Position numbers and translations under genes: made by a program. From NCBI GenBank assembly GCA_001767695.1, contig MELR01000023.1:16326-69716 (forward strand): a DNA stretch of 53,391 nt, in the 5' to 3' direction. Below the pieces are notes generated by a model. The model had not been told where the DNA came from. It saw only the letters and a list, made by a program, of their open reading frames with translations, and did no database searches. This document shows positions 50,383 through 53,391 of the stretch, piece by piece (the first letter of the stretch is position 1; the number at the start of each line of letters is the position of its first letter). The DNA comes from Actinobacteria bacterium RBG_16_68_21 (GTDB taxonomy: Bacteria > Actinomycetota > Acidimicrobiia > Spongiisociales > UBA11373).

Positions 50383-51201
50383 TTAGGGAGCGACGAGCAC
50401 CCCTACGACCTCGTCGACGTCGTAGGGCAGAGTCGTGACCCGCTCGATGGTCCCGAGGAGCGTCCATGAGCCACCGGCGCGGTAGCGGCCCACCCAACCG
50501 AAGGTCACCCGTACCGGGTAGCGGTCGAGTGTGGGATGGCAGCGCCACCCACTCGGATCGTGGAGCCGGTACTCCTCCGGGCAGGTCTTCACCGTGTAGG
50601 CATGGGAGGCGTCGCCGGCGAAGGCGGCGACTGCCGGGTAGCCGGCGGCGGGGGTGCCATCCCCCCAGTCGATCCAGACGGTTTCGATGTCGGCTCGCAC
50701 CTCCAGCAGCCGACCGTCGGGAAGCACCTCCTCGTGCGATAGAGGTTGCGGTCGAGGCAGGTCGGCCAGCGTGGGAAGGTTGGTGATCCCGGTCGCCGGG
50801 TGCAGCGCCGGGGCCGGCCGTTCCAGCGAGAACGAACGGAAGACGTCCCAGGCCTCGCTGGTCACGGTGATCGTGGTGCTCCCCGGGTGGCTGGGACACT
50901 CCGGCAGTTCCCAGCGGGTGAAGATGATGCCGGCATCGTTGGCCGGGTCCCAGGCGTCGAGGCCGGGTGGGTAGCGCGACCAGTACCAGCAAGGGCCGAG
51001 CTGTGGATCATCGCCGGTGGCCAGGTAGCGCAGCGGCGGCAGCGTGGTCACCGCGGTCGAAGTGCTGGTGCCCCAGTATCCGCAATCGATGCCGCTGGGC
51101 GTGACGACGCAGCCGGGGTCGGCGATGGCGGCCCGGAGGGTCGTTGCCGAGATCACCGCGAAGAGGAGCACCGCCAGCCGTGCGCCCGATGAGCGCACCA
51201 C
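50383..51201 (-). CDS. secreted hypothetical protein
   Basis: It has a signal peptide (ARLAVLLFAVISATTLRAAIA) and several Cys pairs. I recognise no family. Confidence 0.5.
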   Translation of the reverse strand: MVRSSGARLAVLLFAVISATTLRAAIADPGCVVTPSGIDCGYWGTSTSTAVTTLPPLRYLATGDDPQLGPCWYWSRYPPGLDAWDPANDAGIIFTRWELPECPSHPGSTTITVTSEAWDVFRSFSLERPAPALHPATGITNLPTLADLPRPQPLSHEEVLPDGRLLEVRADIETVWIDWGDGTPAAGYPAVAAFAGDASHAYTVKTCPEEYRLHDPSGWRCHPTLDRYPVRVTFGWVGRYRAGGSWTLLGTIERVTTLPYDVDEVVGVLVAP

Positions 51202-51254
51202 CCGGGGACCGTATGCTTTCCGGACCGCAAGATCAATCCCCCAGGAGCAGCCCG

Positions 51255-52496
51255 ATGACCGACGACGGCATCGTCCTCCGACCGATCACCGAAGCCGAAT
51301 ACGACCGGTTCCGTGATGTGATGTCGTTGGTGTTCGGTGTCGACACGACCGAGGAGTCGCGGACGCGACTGAGGCGTTGGCTGGAACTCGATCGGACGAT
51401 CGCCGCTTTCGACGGGGACGATCTGGTGGCTACCGGAGGGACCCTGACCTACCGCCTGGTCGTGCCCGGTGGAGGCCTGGTCGGCGCGGGAGGGATGACC
51501 GTGGTGTCGGTGGCTCCGACCCATCGACGACAAGGGATCCTCAGTCGGATGATGCGCGATCAGCTCGCGGACTCCCGCCGGCGGGGCGAGCCGGTGGCGA
51601 TCCTGCGGGCATCGGAGAGTGCCATCTACGGCAGGTTCGGATACGGATGCGCAGTGCACGCCGCCGACCTCACCCTGGATCGCCATCGGGCCGCCCTCCG
51701 CTCCGACCTGCCGGAGTCCACCGGCCGGGTGCGCCTGGTCGGCACCGAGGAGGCCCGAGCCATCTTCCCCGGGGTGTACGAGGCGGCGACGATCGCTCGC
51801 GGTGTCCCCGGGTCGATCGAGCGGCGCGTCGCCGACTGGGAGGCCTACTTCAATGACTCCGAGTCCGATCGCGACGGTGCCTCCTCGTTCCGGTTCGCGG
51901 TGTACGAGTCCGGGGAGGGAGAGGCCAATGGCTACGCCCGCTACCGGCACAAGCCGTCGTGGGGGACGGCCGGGCCGGAGGGGACGGTGCTGGTATCCGA
52001 CCTGCAGGCGGTCGATGCCGAGGCGCTGACCGCGCTGACCCGCTTCGTGACGGCGATCGACCTGACGATCCGCGTGGAATTCGAGATGATGCCGACGGAG
52101 GGAGGTGTCGCCGACGTGCTCGCCGACCCGCGGCGTCTCGGCCGCAGCACGTATGACCTGCTCTGGGTCCGGCTGGTGGACGTCGCCGCCGCCCTCGCCG
52201 CCCGCCGTTATCGGGTAGCAGGATCGGTGGTCGTCGAGGTCGTCGATGAATTGCTCCCCGAGGCAGGGGGGACCTTCCGCCTCGACGCGGGTCCCGGTGG
52301 CGCCGAGTGCCTGCGCACCGACGAGGCGGCGCAGGTGAGGGTGAGCACCGCCGACCTGGCGGCCTCATATCTCGGATGGTCGCGCCTGCGCTCCGCCGCC
52401 TGGTTGGGGAGGGTCGTCGGTGATCCAGGGTCCATCGGTCTGGTCGACGACATGCTGTCGTGGCCGGTTCCGGCGGCGACCTCGGTGCGGTTCTAG
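51255..52496 (+). CDS. Eis-like GNAT acetyltransferase with SCP2-type C-terminal domain (UPF0256)
   Basis: It has a GNAT core (VAPTHRRQGILSRMM), about 410 aa and a three-domain layout. ATG 51255 is preceded by AGGAG. Confidence 0.7.
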   Translation: MTDDGIVLRPITEAEYDRFRDVMSLVFGVDTTEESRTRLRRWLELDRTIAAFDGDDLVATGGTLTYRLVVPGGGLVGAGGMTVVSVAPTHRRQGILSRMMRDQLADSRRRGEPVAILRASESAIYGRFGYGCAVHAADLTLDRHRAALRSDLPESTGRVRLVGTEEARAIFPGVYEAATIARGVPGSIERRVADWEAYFNDSESDRDGASSFRFAVYESGEGEANGYARYRHKPSWGTAGPEGTVLVSDLQAVDAEALTALTRFVTAIDLTIRVEFEMMPTEGGVADVLADPRRLGRSTYDLLWVRLVDVAAALAARRYRVAGSVVVEVVDELLPEAGGTFRLDAGPGGAECLRTDEAAQVRVSTADLAASYLGWSRLRSAAWLGRVVGDPGSIGLVDDMLSWPVPAATSVRF

Positions 52497-52683
52497 GACG
52501 GGCCCTCCTGACCTCCAGGGTCCGCACTAGATGCCTTGGAAACAGAGCGGGAACGGATCGCCGGGGCATCGACCTGGCCCTGGGAAGCGAAGACCCTGAG
52601 GGGCTTCGCCACCACACTCCTTCTCCCACTGCTCACTTGGCTTGTCACCAGCGTGTTCGGCAAGGTGCTCGACCTGTAGGGGC

Positions 52684-53391
52684 TCAGACCAGGAAGTAGG
52701 CGACCGCTCCGAACACCAGGCAGTAGACGGCGAACGGCATCAAACCCCGGCGGGCGAGCAGCCGGACCAGAAATGAGATCGCCAGGTAGCCGACGACCGC
52801 CGCCACCAGGGTGCCGACGAGGGTGGAGGCGCGGAAGCCGCCCTGTCGGATCAGGTCGGCGCCCTCGAGGAACCCGGCGCCGGCGATGGCAGGCACGCCG
52901 AGCAAGAAGGCCAGGCGCGCCGACTGCACCCGGTCGAAACCCTGGGCCAGGGCCCCGGTGATCGTCATTCCCGAGCGGCTGATGCCGGGAAGGAGCGCGA
53001 ACGCCTGGGCGATCCCCACCACCGCGGCGTCGGGCCACCGGCTCTGTTCCACTGTTCGAGTGCCCACTGGGAGCGCCGACGCCGCGGCGAGAACGATCCC
53101 GGTGATCATGAGACAGATCGCCACGATCCACGGCTCGGTGAAGACGACGTCGATGGGGCCGTTCAGGCTCAGGCCGATCACCACCGCCGGAATGGACCCG
53201 ATGATGAGCAGCTTCCAGATCGTCCGGCTCGCCGGGGATTTCGGCCGGGCGATGAGCTCGACGAAGTCGCGTCGGTAGTACCAGAGGATGGCGGCCAGGG
53301 TGCCCAGGTGGAGCACTGCGGTCGTCGCCAGGTCGGGTTGGTCCTTGCCGAAGATCGCCGGGATCAGCACGAGATGGCCGCTCGAAGAGAT
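52684..53391 (-). CDS. uppP: undecaprenyl-diphosphate phosphatase (5' end beyond window)
   Basis: It has ISSSGHLVL at the window edge and PGISRSGMTITGAL downstream. The reading frame stays open to the last base of the window. Confidence 0.85.
   Translation of the reverse strand: MSSSGHLVLIPAIFGKDQPDLATTAVLHLGTLAAILWYYRRDFVELIARPKSPASRTIWKLLIIGSIPAVVIGLSLNGPIDVVFTEPWIVAICLMITGIVLAAASALPVGTRTVEQSRWPDAAVVGIAQAFALLPGISRSGMTITGALAQGFDRVQSARLAFLLGVPAIAGAGFLEGADLIRQGGFRASTLVGTLVAAVVGYLAISFLVRLLARRGLMPFAVYCLVFGAVAYFLV

Overview
This is a high-GC bacterial chromosomal segment. Gene content and synteny point to Actinomycetota, possibly an Acidimicrobiia-like lineage; this is inference only. The evidence is carD - PIN/TRAM - ispD - ispF ... 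cysS - rlmB, plus DUF3263, an LppM-like lipoprotein, an F420-type PPOX and an Eis-like GNAT. I call about 55 protein genes, mostly housekeeping, transport and lipid or cofactor metabolism. Many are translationally coupled through ATGA, TAGTG or GTGA overlaps. There are two tRNAs (Thr-TGT, Arg-CCT) and one IS481-family element inserted 8 bp from the 3' end of tRNA-Arg. I see no CRISPR array, rRNA, prophage or recognisable defence island. The most unusual signal is non-genic. At least twelve intergenic spacers are filled with tandem heptanucleotide arrays (CAGCGGA, TGGTCAT/TGCTCAT, AATTGCC, TGGCGAC/TGGCAAC, TGGAAAC, GGGTGAC, TGGAGAC, TACCGGC and others). Most units fit a loose NGGNNAY template. 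Arrays change unit type stepwise and share short punctuation motifs at their edges. They resemble the STRR heptamers of heterocystous cyanobacteria, here in a high-GC genome. Secondary observations: (1) an orphan locus with 16-nt complementarity to the canonical 16S rRNA 3' tail, a 14-codon ORF and an intrinsic terminator. (2) A ~97-bp noncoding element present twice, one copy fused to the 5' end of tRNA-Arg. (3) A 10x 34-aa two-cysteine repeat protein coupled to corA. (4) Two genes (kup and an M64-like peptidase) whose conserved N-termini lie upstream of any canonical start codon. (5) A split aconitase-X operon with an unusual genomic context.
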